A stretch of 64,000 nucleotides of DNA from Dudresnaya verticillata (lineage: Eukaryota). Each line of letters opens with the position of its first letter. Within the stretch, counting starts at the first letter, position 1. Both the position numbers and the translations under genes were made by a program. The DNA lies in NCBI GenBank assembly GCA_977862235.1, contig OZ374565.1, positions 1,054,001 to 1,118,000 on the forward strand. Reading direction: 5' to 3'. The notes beneath the pieces are model-generated. The model had not been told where the DNA came from and did no database searches. It saw only the letters and a program-made list of their open reading frames with translations. This document shows, one piece after another, positions 12,235 to 23,562 of the stretch.

Positions 12235-13566
12235 CTCCATTTTAATGGCGCGCATGCCATTACCGAGATATGAGGGGAAAGATGAACGAAAGCGCTATAA
12301 ATACACGAATATCTATATGTTACAAGTTGCTAAATGGCTTGCCGCGCGCGTCAACTTTCAAATTAGCCAGCGATACTTTACCTGGAATTACAAGTGGCGC
12401 CCTTTCTCTGCCCCTTCGCAGCAGTTCCGACGCAACTCGTCAACCTGCAGCTACAGAATGCCTCGCGGTACTCTATTTTCAGACTTCGAGAAAGGGCAAA
12501 TACTCGCTCTGCGAAACGAGTGTCAAAGCATTCGCCGAATAGCAGATGCGACCGGACGCTCCATAGGAGCAGTGCAGATGTTCTTGAAGCACCCGAAAAG
12601 CGTGAACGCCCGAAATATCACTAAAAACAACCAGAATCTCACAACAAAGGATGTTAGAAGGTATATTAGGGAGGCATCGAAGGGTGAGAAGTCAAGCAGA
12701 GAACTGCAAAAGGAATTGAATCTGCCCGTTGGTGTCCGCCGCGTTCAGCAAAGCCGCTGCCCGCACTTGAAGTACAAAAAGATGATTAGCCGCCCCGTGA
12801 TGCTCAAACGTCATAAGGAAAACCGTCTTAAGTGGACCAAAGAGATGTTACCGAAAGGAGAGAGCTACTGGAAGAAAGTCATCTTTTCCGATGAGAAGAA
12901 ATTTAACCTCCATGGCCCAGACGGAAATGCGAGCTATTGGCACGACTTGCGGGGAGAGGAAATAATGTTTTCCAAGCGCCAGCAAGGGGGTGACTCCGTG
13001 ATGATTTGTGGGGCTATATCTTTCTATGGATTATCGTTCTTGGTGAAAGTCTATGGGAATATGAACTCTGAGCAGTATTGTAAGCACTTGAAAGCAGAAC
13101 TTCTTCCGTTCGCTGCCGAAACCCTTGTCGAAAACTGGGTGTTTCAGCATGATGGTGCTTCTGTCCACCGCTCTAACTACACAAAACAATTCCTTTCCGG
13201 CAACAATGTTGATGTTCTCGACCGGCCTGCGAAGTCACCCGATCTGAACATTATTGAGAGTGTGGGGTGAAATGGCGAGAAAGGTTTACAAGAATTGTCG
13301 ACAGTTCAAGGATGTGGATGAGCTATGCGATGTTATCCTCGGAACTTGGGATGGTTTGGACACTGCGTACATTCAGAAGCTCTACGATTCGATTCCTCGG
13401 CGCCTCATTGCGGTCCTTGAGAAGAAAGGGGACGCAGCACGCTATTACGTTCTTCATAAGGTCTGCTTGAATGTTTTGTTACATATAGAATTTCGTGTAT
13501 TTATAGGTGTTTCGTTCCTATTCAGGCCTACAACTTTGTAATGGCACTAATGTCGTAAAAACCGAG
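12235..13566 (+). mobile_element. Tc1/mariner (Tc3-like, DD34E) transposon
   Basis: TA at 12233-12234 and 13567-13568. Imperfect TIRs ctc..tttt.a.g.c.....tgccattac. Confidence 0.8.
12458..13450 (+). pseudogene. Tc3-like transposase with a frameshift near 13265
   Basis: Tc3-type N-terminus MPRGTLFSDFEKGQI, then FSDEKKFN and FQHDGASVH...SPDLNIIE with 34 residues between D and E. Continues as WGEMARKVY...SIPRRLIAV in another frame. Confidence 0.93.
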
Positions 13567-14261
13567 TACATGTTTGAACCCCGCGGTGGCTGTTCCTATT
13601 CGCTCCTGGCGATGACTTGGCGACACCTTGTGGAACGTTTCAAAGCGATAAAGTGGCCAGCCGTATTTATAGAAATTTCGGGGAGTGTAGTATGTACGGC
13701 GGCGACGTGCGCGGTGCTCTCTCCTGATGCGGGATTCGGCGGTGCGCCTAATACTGTCAGCGACGAAGTGGCCCAATGGGCGTTGAGAGCGTGGCAGGCG
13801 GCGGGTTGGGCGGCGCGGCGAAATCGGCGAGAGGGACACACTGCTGGACTGTCAGAAATATCTGACCCTTGCTTCTGATTCGATGAGGGGGTGCGCGGCG
13901 GCGGATTCGCTTGACGAATCGGAGGCGGCCGCATTGGACGGTTGGCCCGAGCGGCGGCGGCGGGCCTCACGTTCGCGCTGTAAGCGCTCGCAAATTACCT
14001 CCGGGTCGTTGGCGGCGCGCTTGAGACGTGCCACTGCAAGAAATTACGAAAGGTTAAATTTTCTGATAAATTTGTCCCTTTTCCTTACAGTGACAATGCA
14101 GCTGTTCAGTACGTACTGTGTTACAGCAATGATTGTTAGGCCCAAGTGGGGCGTGATTTGACGCCTCCACAAGCGATGGTCAACAGGACCGTTCGCTCCT
14201 AGAGACAGTACAAATGTAACAACAATTGCCGTGGAGAGTACTTCTGACTGCGGTACGGCTC

Positions 14262-14362
14262 GGCCGTGTAATCGCGATTATAGTCGCATCCGGTGCCTGA
14301 GGGTCCGCTAATACTTGTACAGATATTGCTGCCTTGATATCCCGTTGGAACGGGGTGCTGGG
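14262..14362 (+). repeat. 101-bp direct repeat, copy 2
   Basis: Matches 8764-8864. Confidence 0.95.
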
Positions 14363-15229
14363 TGTAGTATCTCGAAAAGCACCACCGGGTGCGGCACCAA
14401 AACGAGACCCCAAGAAGACCCAAAAAGACCTGTCGGATTTCGCAGGAACTGGCCAGAACGTAGAGCAGACCTGCGCGGCGGTAGCAAGCGTGGTAGAGTG
14501 GGGGCGTGCAGACGAAGTCGTGACCAAACACTGGATGAGAACAGTAGAATGGCCAAGTCGGGGAAAAGTTTCAAAACTTTACTCCCAACCTCTGGCGGGA
14601 CGGCTTCGTACCTGTGCTGGCTGAGTCGGGGTGTGTGCTCATCTAAGTAGACCCAAAATCGGCTATCTGAGCAAATCTAAGGCTATTCTACAGTTAGTGG
14701 CCGAGGTTACTCACCATGGCCCAAAATATCTTCCTCGAATCCTAGCTTCGGGCCAATATTTGCGCTCTACCGAATTAAATCGAGTACTTGTCAGTTAATC
14801 AGTGGTCGTATTAGTTAGACTTGCCCTTGATTTTTCCGTGCTTGATTCCTTGATATGGCATTACGGCCAAATCCTTTTCCGTGATCCGATCTCGTTTCGA
14901 TCCCGATTTGCGTATCCAGATTGTTCCGATTGCCCAGATATGACAATTTTTCTTCGCGCTGCACGTATACGCGTGTGACCCACGTGTCACGCGTGTGGTT
15001 CCTTGCCGTCGTCCACCGCCGTCCGTGCGGTCATGCAGTAGTGACTTGGGCCAAGTGTCTTCTGTGAGCTGGCCAATTCGGGTTGCGTGGCCCGGTCGGC
15101 AGGCTCGTTTTTGGGGGCTCCTTGCCGTTGCACCTCACAGCCCCCTTCGCAAGCGCGGACGCCTGGCCGCGAGGGTTTCAGTTGGCCATATCAGCGCGCG
15201 TGATCCGCGATGGGGTCCCTCCCTCTACA
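14363..15229. mobile_element. Possible LTR (867 bp) abutting the next element
   Basis: Bounded by TGTAG...CTACA and apparently non-coding. No TSD recognisable. Confidence 0.4.
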
Positions 15230-16138
15230 TATAGTGCCAGGGGGGGTCCCCCGTTTTCGCTTTCAAGCGTTGATATGCAGCGTCTACCGATGGACGACCG
15301 CCAACGGCGCGCTCAACCCGCCCGCGGCGCAAACACGTCACCGACGCATGCCGCTGGCCACTTGGGCCAGAACGGCTCGCTGGGCGTGCAGACCGCACGC
15401 CTGAACCCGGCCACTGTACGGCGCCACGCGTACGCGCATGGCGCAGTGGCGGGAACGTTCGCTGTAAGCGTGGCCCGAATCCGGATCCAATCGGGATCCC
15501 ACATCGGGATCCCACATCGGGATTAAGGGGTGTAAGGCACGCGCCTGTAAGCCTGGCGCATCCGCATCGCTGTCCCGAATCCGGACTGGATCGGGATTGG
15601 TGCGGATCGAGATCGCTCGCGCCATGAGGCGCATGCGGCTGTAAGGAAGTAATCCACGCGCAAGTGTAAGGACTCGACCGGGGAAGCTACGCGTGATCTG
15701 TCAGGAGCGCGGCTGCATGACGGACGGATCTATCAGACGCGCCTCGGGAGAACACGTGTCCCGAGTTCCCGCGTTACGCGTACATCCGCGTCGCCGCCGC
15801 TAGGTAATCCTGTACTTAGTTGATCCGTCTGAGACGTCACAGTAAACCCCGGCAAGCCGGCCTTGGTCCAGACTTCCCCGTTCAGCACGCGCGTACCCTA
15901 CCGCTGCCTACGGCTAAGCGTCTACCTCCCGTGCTTCCACGTCTCTACCCGTCCTCGACGTGTTTCCTTTTTGTTTCTTCTGTTCTTCCTTTCCGCCTCG
16001 GGCGTTTACAGTCCGCCCAAGGCGAGTCAACTGCTCTACCACAAGTCGCCCAAGGCGGGGCTACTCACCGCCAAGGGCGTCGCTACCCACCGAGCCCCGA
16101 ACTGCTCGGCGGTGTCCGTCAACGACGTTTGCACCACA
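15230..16138 (+). repeat. 5' LTR
   Basis: Aligns end to end with 27477-28387. Starts TATAG (TG mutated) and ends CACCACA. Confidence 0.95.
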
Positions 16139-16140
16139 AC

Positions 16141-16153
16141 TGGTCTCCCGACC
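16141..16153 (+). promoter_or_regulatory. Primer binding site
   Basis: TGGTCTCCCGACC lies 2 nt after the LTR and is complementary to a tRNA ending ...CGGGAGACCA. That end resembles yeast tRNA-Tyr, but the identity is inferred. Confidence 0.75.
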
Positions 16154-16265
16154 TAGACGTGTGCTACGTTTCAACGAGTTACTCCGTCGTGCGACGTCCG
16201 ACCTTCCGTCTCTAAACGTCCGTCGCTAACCGTCCACGACGTTCAAGCAACTCTACGACTGCATT

Positions 16266-18823
16266 ATGGCCTCACGACCGCCGCCGTCGCGAGGCCCCAG
16301 TTCAAGAAGAACGTCATCGACGCCGGGGAGTGTCCCCGCGTCGGAGCGGTCGCTACAGCGGATGACAACGAGGTCTGGGCGCCTCGTGAGCCCCGAGATC
16401 GCATCGGCCTTCCCGACCGGTCCAGGCCACGACCACTCCCATATATCGCTCAACAGGGGAGAAATACCTCCCCCGCCGATACCCGTCGTCATCCGCACCA
16501 CCGTTGCCAACGAATCGGCCCTCCGAACCTACCACTCGCACGTGGATTCCACTGACACGGTATAGCCGAACAGCGACCCGTCGAGGACGGAGCCCAAGCC
16601 GACATCGTCGAGGAACAACCGGAAGTTCCGGTCCACCAACCAACCTTACCCGTCGACGACGACCAAGAACGCCCTGCGGGGCGCGACGTCGTAGACGAAT
16701 CACCAATCCCAAGGGGCTGCTGCCCCTCACCCCACGGCAGTGCCGGATGTTCACCGGCCAGGCCGTTAGCGCAACCGCGCAGCACGGGAGGTCCGCCGCA
16801 GGCGTCGACCCCCGCGCGCACACCGCCAGTGGCGTCCCCAGCATCCGCCCGTGTTGGGAATCTCACGATACCTCGCGAGCGGATTCGGGAAGTATGCGTC
16901 GTCGAAGACGATAACTTACTCGCCCGATTCGCGGAAATGCTCGACGACAATGTCGGAGGTATTTTCAGCCGTCTACAGACGTTGGAAGAAGATCGGGATG
17001 GCGCCCTTCAAGGACTCCGTTCCGACCTCGACCGTCTGATGACGAACCCCAACCACGGGGTAGATGCCCCGCAGCAAGCGCCGTTGACGGTCCACTCCCA
17101 GTCGGAACTTAGTTCACGCGAACGTTTCCAACGATTGGCAACCCGCTTAGAGCGACTGGAAACCGCCAAATGGCGCCAAGGGCCGCCGTCCGACGACGAT
17201 AGTTCCGAAGAAGACCGTCGACGACGCAAAGATCGCAAGAGACGGGGCAAGAAACGCCGCAAGTCGCGTCATGGACGGAAGAAGAACCGTCGCCGACGAG
17301 GGGACTCATCCTCATCCTCTTCAGATACGTCTAGTGACGGCGGGTCAACAGACTCTTCGTCGTCAGACGATGACGATAACGTGGCTCACGGCAGTGCAAT
17401 GCGACCCCGCGGAAAGCGATACAAGGGACTGAAGGAGCTAAGCCCCTCCAATCCTCTCTTCGACCAGTTGCTATCGTACCGCACATACCGTCTCCAAGAC
17501 GTGGGACAAAAGCGCTCTGGACGCGAAACCGGGAAGGTCAAAGACCATATCAAGCGACTCGAGTTAACGATGAAGGACGCCGCCTTCAACGGCAGCGACC
17601 CCGTCATGGTCCTCGAATTCTTAACGCGGTTCGCGGATGAAGCGGACACGCTTGAGATGAGCGAAGCACAAGCGTTCGTCGCGCTGCCGTACTTCTTAAG
17701 GGGCACGGCAGCCACGCAATTCCGCTCCGTCAAATCGACGTCCTCTCGCCACCGCGGCGGCGTATCATCGTACCCGGAGGCCGTGCACTACTTACTCCGC
17801 ACATACGCCACGCCTTCGGCGATTCGAGACGTTGTCCTCGCCCTGCGGTCGACTAGTCAGAAGCAGGGCGAAGACGAGACGACTTACGGCATGAGACTCG
17901 CCGGCGCATGTATTCGTTGCGGTAACGTTTATCCCGAATGGGAAAAGATGACACTGTTCATCGATGGGTTAGACCCGACGATCAGGTCCTTAGTGGCCCG
18001 CTTCCGCGAAGAAACGCCGAGGACGGAGTTATCTTTTGAACGTTTAGTCCACTTCGCCCAGGACGAAGGCGACTCGCAACGCGCAAGACACGGCAGGGCC
18101 GGCTCGACGTCAGTAAGACGGGATATATTGGCCCCGGCCCAAGCCGCTCGCGCATTGCGCCCCGCCATTGGCGACAACCGAACGGTTCTACGTCAACAGA
18201 CGAAGGGCACGAAGCCTGCCGCACGCGCTATGATAGCGGAGTCCTCCGTTGAGTTCCGTGATGTCACCCGTCATGCGGACGATATGGAAACACACGCCGA
18301 TGGCGATCTCTATTTGGCCGATGAACAAGCATCAGTGCCAACGTCAGCGTTACCAACGGACAGCTACGTCGAAGACGAGGATACAGAGGCAATGGATCCT
18401 ACACTCGCCTTTGGGCGTTCCGTCGTGCCCACGCCACGCGTCCCGTACTCGGAGTATGCCCCCCACGTCCATCGGGCGAGGCCAGGTTGGCAAGACAGGG
18501 GTCCGCTCCGTCAAGACGCTCGCAGGCAGTTGATCTGTCATCAGTGTTATGCCCGTGGCCACATCGCACCGGACTGCTTCCTCCGCATGAGCGAGTATAT
18601 GAAAGCGATCGCCAACTGCGAAGGCTTAACAGACGCCGAGAAGGCGGGGGTCCCCGCCGATGCGTACAATCGGTACAAGGAACGCGCTGCGCGCGAAGCA
18701 GCACGCCGTGCAGCGCGACCCCCGTCGCCACGAGGCGGATCTATGCCGCATGCAGCAGAACGTCATCCGACGGTGGTCAATCGCTACACAGCGCCGCTAC
18801 AACCACCGCAGGCGAAAAACTAA
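16266..18823 (+). CDS. gag: Gag, with an apparent frameshift near 16555 (main open frame 16556-18823)
   Basis: Retrotransposon gag core FNGSDPVMVLEFL and zinc knuckle CHQCYARGHIAPDC. The first ATG after the PBS is at 16266, in a different frame from the main ORF. Confidence 0.85.
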
Positions 18824-21800
18824 TGAGGGTACCAACTCCTGACACTGGGGTGTCGCACCAAGCAGAGAGGCTTCCGCCTCGGGTGCTGAAACGGAAGGAG
18901 GGCCCGAACTTAGTTAACAAACACGCCGATGGACGGGTAGACTCGTCACAGACGTCCTTGAAGCGCCCCTGGCGTAGGTACCAGCCCCCACGAGCCCGGG
19001 GACAGTTGTTCGTAATGGCCAAAAGGAACTACAAAGTATACGCCGATCTAGGCGTAACTGTAGGTACCTTGGCACGTAAACTCACTGTCCTCGACACGGG
19101 GGCTGGTCCGAATTTCATCCGTATTGGCGACATTCCGCTAGAAGCGCGATCCCGGATCGTGTCCAAGAGTCTCCCCGTCATATCAGACGCTAACAACAAG
19201 GCGATTCAGACCCGGGGCACTATCGACTTAGTCGTACGTCTCGGACGAAGGGTCGTCAAGTTGGAGTTGATCGTCTGTGAACGGCTCGCTGCGCCGGTTA
19301 TACTCGGTTGCGACTTTTGCGACCGCTTTGTCGAAGCGATTTATCCGCGGAGTCGCGAGATTGAGCTGGACGACGGGACCCGTGTCCCTATAACGCGCCG
19401 CCCGCTGCGCCGGCCCCCGTCGTACCCCCCGTTGCCAACGGAACAAGAGTACGGCACGGCCGAGGGGCGAACGTCGCCCAAAATACGCGTTGCGGAACGA
19501 ACAATCATCCCGCCACAGGCACAAAAGTGGATCTCGGTAACGACCGAGCGAGCAGGGGTCATTACCATCCAACCGTTTGGAACGTTATATGATCGACAAG
19601 CTTTGGCCGTTACTAACGGGGTCGCTCAAGTAGAGCCGCTAAGAGTGTTCCGGATCCTCGTCGCTAACTTCTCCCCGCGTCCGCAAGCGCTCGTCAAAGG
19701 ACAAGGCGTCGCTACCGCGTTGCCACATCCCACAGCAGTGTTCCCCAGTCACATAAGTCTGGCCGATGTCCTAGGTATCACCGAGGAGCAGGCAACGGAG
19801 GAGGAAGCGAATCAAGATTTCCGTTTTCAAACGAACGATGGAGTAACGGCACAGCCGGATACATTCGCTAAGTCGATCGAAGCAACTGTAGCTAAACCTC
19901 CGTCAGTGGACGAGTTGGACTTGAGTCATATCTCAGCCGAACATCAAGGACGGCTGAAGGAGATGCTGCGCAGGTACTCGTCGATGTGGGACGGTTCATT
20001 AGGAGAAATCGCAACCACGGAGCACTATATTGACTTGCTCCCCGGCTCCAGACCGATTTCATCCCCGCCCTATCGCGCTGGCCCAAAGCAAAGGCAACTC
20101 GCTCAAGCGGAGGTGGATCGCATGTTGCGTCAGGGGGTTATCGAACCCGCACAATCGCCATGGGCGTCACCGGTCGTCTTTGCTCCCAAGAAGGACGGTA
20201 CACTCCGCTTCTGCGTTGACTACCGTCGCTTGAACGCAGTAACGGTACGGGATACGTACCCTCTCCCGCGAATCGACGAATGTATTGACAGTCTAGGGGA
20301 AGCGAACGTCTTCAACACCCTAGACTGCAATAGTGGTTACTGGCAGGTGCCCATCAACCCGCGAGATCGCGACAAGACGGCGTTCACGTGCCATGCCGGA
20401 TTGTTCCGCTACAAGCGTATGCCCTTCGGGCTTACTAACGCACCGGCCACGTTTCAACGGACCCTCGATATCCTACTCGCTGGTTACAAGTGGCGCTCAT
20501 GCCTCGTCTACCTTGACGATGTGATCATCTTCTCGAACGATATCGACAGTCACTTCCGTCATGTTGACGAGATCCTTTCGACCTTGCATCGGGCCGGGGT
20601 GACATTGAAGTTAACCAAGTGCGACTTCTTCACCCCGACCGTCAACTATCTCGGCCATGTGATACGTCCGGGACGATTGGAAGTAGACCGTACGGTCACA
20701 GCCGCGTTACGCGAGGCCAAGCATCCGCGGGACCAGAAGGAACTATGGAGCTTTCTCGGATTGTGCAACGTCTACAGACGGTTTGTATCGCGATACGCGC
20801 ACGTCGCCGCTCCCCTCAACAAGTTGTTGAGGAAAGAGCAAGACTTCCAGTTACAACCGTTCACCGAGGAGCAAGCTCGGGCATTCAGCACGCTTGTCGA
20901 AACGGTGACTCACCCGCCCATCCTGGCGTTGCCACAGCAAGGACTACCGTACTCCGTCGATTGCGACGCGAGTGAGTACCAAGTTGGCTGCGCGCTCTTT
21001 CAAACGCAGCCTGACGGCGAACGGAAGCCGCTTGGCTTCTGGTCACGCTCGTTAACCGCTCCGGAGCGCAACTACTCGGTCTCCGAAAAGGAATGCCTAG
21101 CAGTAGTCTGGTCCATCACGACGTTGCGACCGTACCTTCAGATGGAGTCCTTCGTAGTCCATACGGACCATTCGTCATTGAGGTGGCTAATGGAAATCAG
21201 CGACCCCTCGGGACGGTTAATGAGATGGCGCCTTCGCCTCTCTGAGTTCGACTTCGTCGTGAAGTATAAGAAGGGATACCTGAATACTCAGGCAGATGCC
21301 CTCTCACGTCTACAGACGAACGGCGAAACAGTCGAACTGATCGACGATGATATCCCGTGTTACCACGGAAGCTGCGTCAAAGACGAGGACCACTCGTCAG
21401 AGGACGGCTACGCTCACGCAGAAAGCGATACGTCAAACGCCAAGAGCGAAGTCGATTTCTCCGAACGAGAATTCGAGGAGTTTGACCAGATGTTGGTTAC
21501 CAACGCGCCACCAGCGGATGAAGTGCTCCTCCGTCAATTGACGCATGAAGAGTTGGTGCATGCTCAGGGCAGTGACCAGTACTGTTCCGAGATCTGGAAA
21601 CGTCTAGACGACGGAGACAACCTACCGTTTGCAACGGACGAACAGGGACTATTGGTTCGGACCGTCGAGGCCCGACCCCAAGTCGTTGTACCATCCGCGT
21701 TACGCGTTCGATTGCTTCACCTCCGGCATCATGCTAAATTAGCAGGACATCCCGGAGGGCGGAAGCTGTACCATACGCTTCGACGCGAGTATTATTGGCC

Positions 21801-23562
21801 GTCTATGTCGGTGGACTGTTACGCGACCGTCCGCAATTGCGTTACTTGCGCAAAGAACCGGGTACTGATGCGAAGGAACGTGAAGGAGATGAAACTGTTC
21901 CCAGCAACCGAGCCTCTCGAGTTTGTGTCCATCGATATATTCGGGGAGCTCATACGCATTAAGCGGGGGAATAAGTTCCTACTCGTCATCGTGGACCGCT
22001 TCTCAAAGCTGGTCCGGACGGTTCCCTTACGTAAGATTACGGCATTGGAAATCGCTAAGGCGTTTGTTCGACACTGGGTGTTTGTGTATGGCCCACCCAA
22101 GAAGCTGCTATCGGACAACGGGCCGCAGTTTGTAGCCAAGTTGTTCCAGGACGTCTGCCGCATCTTAGGGGTGGAGAATCTCTTCACCACTACATACCAT
22201 CCGCAGTGTAACGGCCAAGTGGAAAGATTCAATCGAACCATCCTCGCCTCCCTGCGTCATTACGTAGCAGAACACCCCAGGGACTGGGATTTGTTCACCG
22301 ATGCTCTGAAGTTCGCGTACAATACGCAACTGCCCTCGTCTACCCACCTCGCTCCATTCGAGTTGGTGCTCTCTAAGCCCCCGCGACCATTGTCGCTGGA
22401 AGCGGAGCCGTCGCTCAAAAGCGTGCCCACTGCCGGACAGTACTACACCAAATGGCGAACCTGGCTGTCCGCATTGATGGGAACCGCTAACGCGTCGCTC
22501 GCGAAAACGCAGGCGCGTTACAAACGGAACTTCGATACTCGTCTGAGGAAATCGAAGGAGAACATCGCTGTGGGATACTTCGCATTCGTGCGGAAGGAAT
22601 ACTTCGCCCGTGGCGGGAGCACCGATCGCTCTGAGCGCAAGCACAAGCTCGCGCCTGTAGCGGATGGACCGTATCGAGTAACACACGTCGACGACGGAAC
22701 AGTCACCGTCGACAAGGGACGTGGCGAACGCGAACGCTTATCCCGAGACCGCGTGGTATGGGCGCCAACCCCACCAGGGCACACCGCCCCCGCAACCGTG
22801 CAACCACCGGGGCCACCTGACGTACCGGGACCCACGGCCCCCACGTCAACCGAAGAAGGAGCAGGAACCCCGGACACGCCACAGGCGGACCCGGCAGGAG
22901 GCACAGGGACACCGCGCAGCACGAAAGACTCGCAGGAGCGAATGAATGCAACGCCACGAAGCCGCGGGCTAGCAGAGCTCTCGCCCTTCGCCGCTAACCC
23001 CGACGACAGTGCCTCGCAATCCGTCTCCGACGAGGAGGAGGGTCCCGGCATCCGTACGCGAATGGGACACGCATCCTCGGCTTCGCCGGCTACCAAGGTA
23101 GGTCCCGCTTCGAGCGCATCGACTGACGATGAGGAAGACCGCGCTAACGCGAAAGACTCCGCTAGAAGCGAGGAACCAGTACGCAAAAGCGACGAACCAC
23201 AAACCGCTACGCAAGCGCTCGGGGCACCGACCCAGCGCCTCCGGCGATCGACTCGTCGAGTACGGTTTGCCGAACCGGTGCAGACGCCCATCACGCAACG
23301 AAGTGAGCCGCCCAAGGCATTAGAATGGCAGGAGCCCACGTCGACCGCTGCAAGCGAGAAGGAGTACGTTATCGAACGGGTTGAGTCGCACGCGCACGCG
23401 GAAGACGGTGAGATCCTCTACCGCGTCAAGTGGTTTGGATACCCCGCTTCAGCGAATACCTGGGAACCGGTGTCCAGTCTACCGCGATCGCACGTTGTGC
23501 GGTATCACCGTCAGAAGCACACGCGCCTGCCGCCAAACATCGACGACGCGCAACGCGGGTAA
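18814..23562 (+). CDS. pol: Pol polyprotein PR-RT-RNaseH-IN-chromodomain, uninterrupted, in the -1 frame relative to gag
   Basis: VLDTGA, YLDD, DCDASEYQVG, HHAKLAGH..CVTC, SDNGPQF, GQVERFN, GPY, and a C-terminal YVIERV...YRVKWFGYPASANTWEP. Confidence 0.97.
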   Translation, partial: EKLMRVPTPDTGVSHQAERLPPRVLKRKEGPNLVNKHADGRVDSSQTSLKRPWRRYQPPRARGQLFVMAKRNYKVYADLGVTVGTLARKLTVLDTGAGPNFIRIGDIPLEARSRIVSKSLPVISDANNKAIQTRGTIDLVVRLGRRVVKLELIVCERLAAPVILGCDFCDRFVEAIYPRSREIELDDGTRVPITRRPLRRPPSYPPLPTEQEYGTAEGRTSPKIRVAERTIIPPQAQKWISVTTERAGVITIQPFGTLYDRQALAVTNGVAQVEPLRVFRILVANFSPRPQALVKGQGVATALPHPTAVFPSHISLADVLGITEEQATEEEANQDFRFQTNDGVTAQPDTFAKSIEATVAKPPSVDELDLSHISAEHQGRLKEMLRRYSSMWDGSLGEIATTEHYIDLLPGSRPISSPPYRAGPKQRQLAQAEVDRMLRQGVIEPAQSPWASPVVFAPKKDGTLRFCVDYRRLNAVTVRDTYPLPRIDECIDSLGEANVFNTLDCNSGYWQVPINPRDRDKTAFTCHAGLFRYKRMPFGLTNAPATFQRTLDILLAGYKWRSCLVYLDDVIIFSNDIDSHFRHVDEILSTLHRAGVTLKLTKCDFFTPTVNYLGHVIRPGRLEVDRTVTAALREAKHPRDQKELWSFLGLCNVYRRFVSRYAHVAAPLNKLLRKEQDFQLQPFTEEQARAFSTLVETVTHPPILALPQQGLPYSVDCDASEYQVGCALFQTQPDGERKPLGFWSRSLTAPERNYSVSEKECLAVVWSITTLRPYLQMESFVVHTDHSSLRWLMEISDPSGRLMRWRLRLSEFDFVVKYKKGYLNTQADALSRLQTNGETVELIDDDIPCYHGSCVKDEDHSSEDGYAHAESDTSNAKSEVDFSEREFEEFDQMLVTNAPPADEVLLRQLTHEELVHAQGSDQYCSEIWKRLDDGDNLPFATDEQGLLVRTVEARPQVVVPSALRVRLLHLRHHAKLAGHPGGRKLYHTLRREYYWPSMSVDCYATVRNCVTCAKNRVLMRRNVKEMKLFPATEPLEFVSIDIFGELIRIKRGNKFLLVIVDRFSKLVRTVPLRKITALEIAKAFVRHWVFVYGPPKKLLSDNGPQFVAKLFQDVCRILGVENLFTTTYHPQCNGQVERFNRTILASLRHYVAEHPRDWDLFTDALKFAYNTQLPSSTHLAPFELVLSKPPRPLSLEAEPSLKSVPTAGQYYTKWRTWLSALMGTANASLAKTQARYKRNFDTRLRKSKENIAVGYFAFVRKEYFARGGSTDRSERKHKLAPVADGPYRVTHVDDGTVTVDKGRGERERLSRDRVVWAPTPPGHTAPATVQPPGPPDVPGPTAPTSTEEGAGTPDTPQADPAGGTGTPRSTKDSQERMNATPRSRGLAELSPFAANPDDSASQSVSDEEEGPGIRTRMGHASSASPATKVGPASSASTDDEEDRANAKDSARSEEPVRKSDEPQTATQALGAPTQRLRRSTRRVRFAEPVQTPITQRSEPPKALEWQEPTSTAASEKEYVIERVESHAHAEDGEILYRVKWFGYPASANTWEPVSSLPRSHVVRYHRQKHTRLPPNIDDAQRG

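Larger units (their letters stand above)
8867..14125 (-). mobile_element. Probable ~1.2-kb solo LTR split by two nested DNA transposons
   Basis: Termini are TGTAAC...GTTACA with a subterminal inverted motif tactg(t/a)acagctgc. Flanks GGAA (8863-8866) and GCAA (14126-14129) form a 4-bp TSD with one mismatch. About 1.19 kb remains once the nested elements are removed. Confidence 0.55.

Noticed and set aside
18487..18813. Pol N-terminal extension from the ORF track
   Set aside because: Overlaps gag, has a non-ATG start, and is better explained by frameshifting at the gag end.
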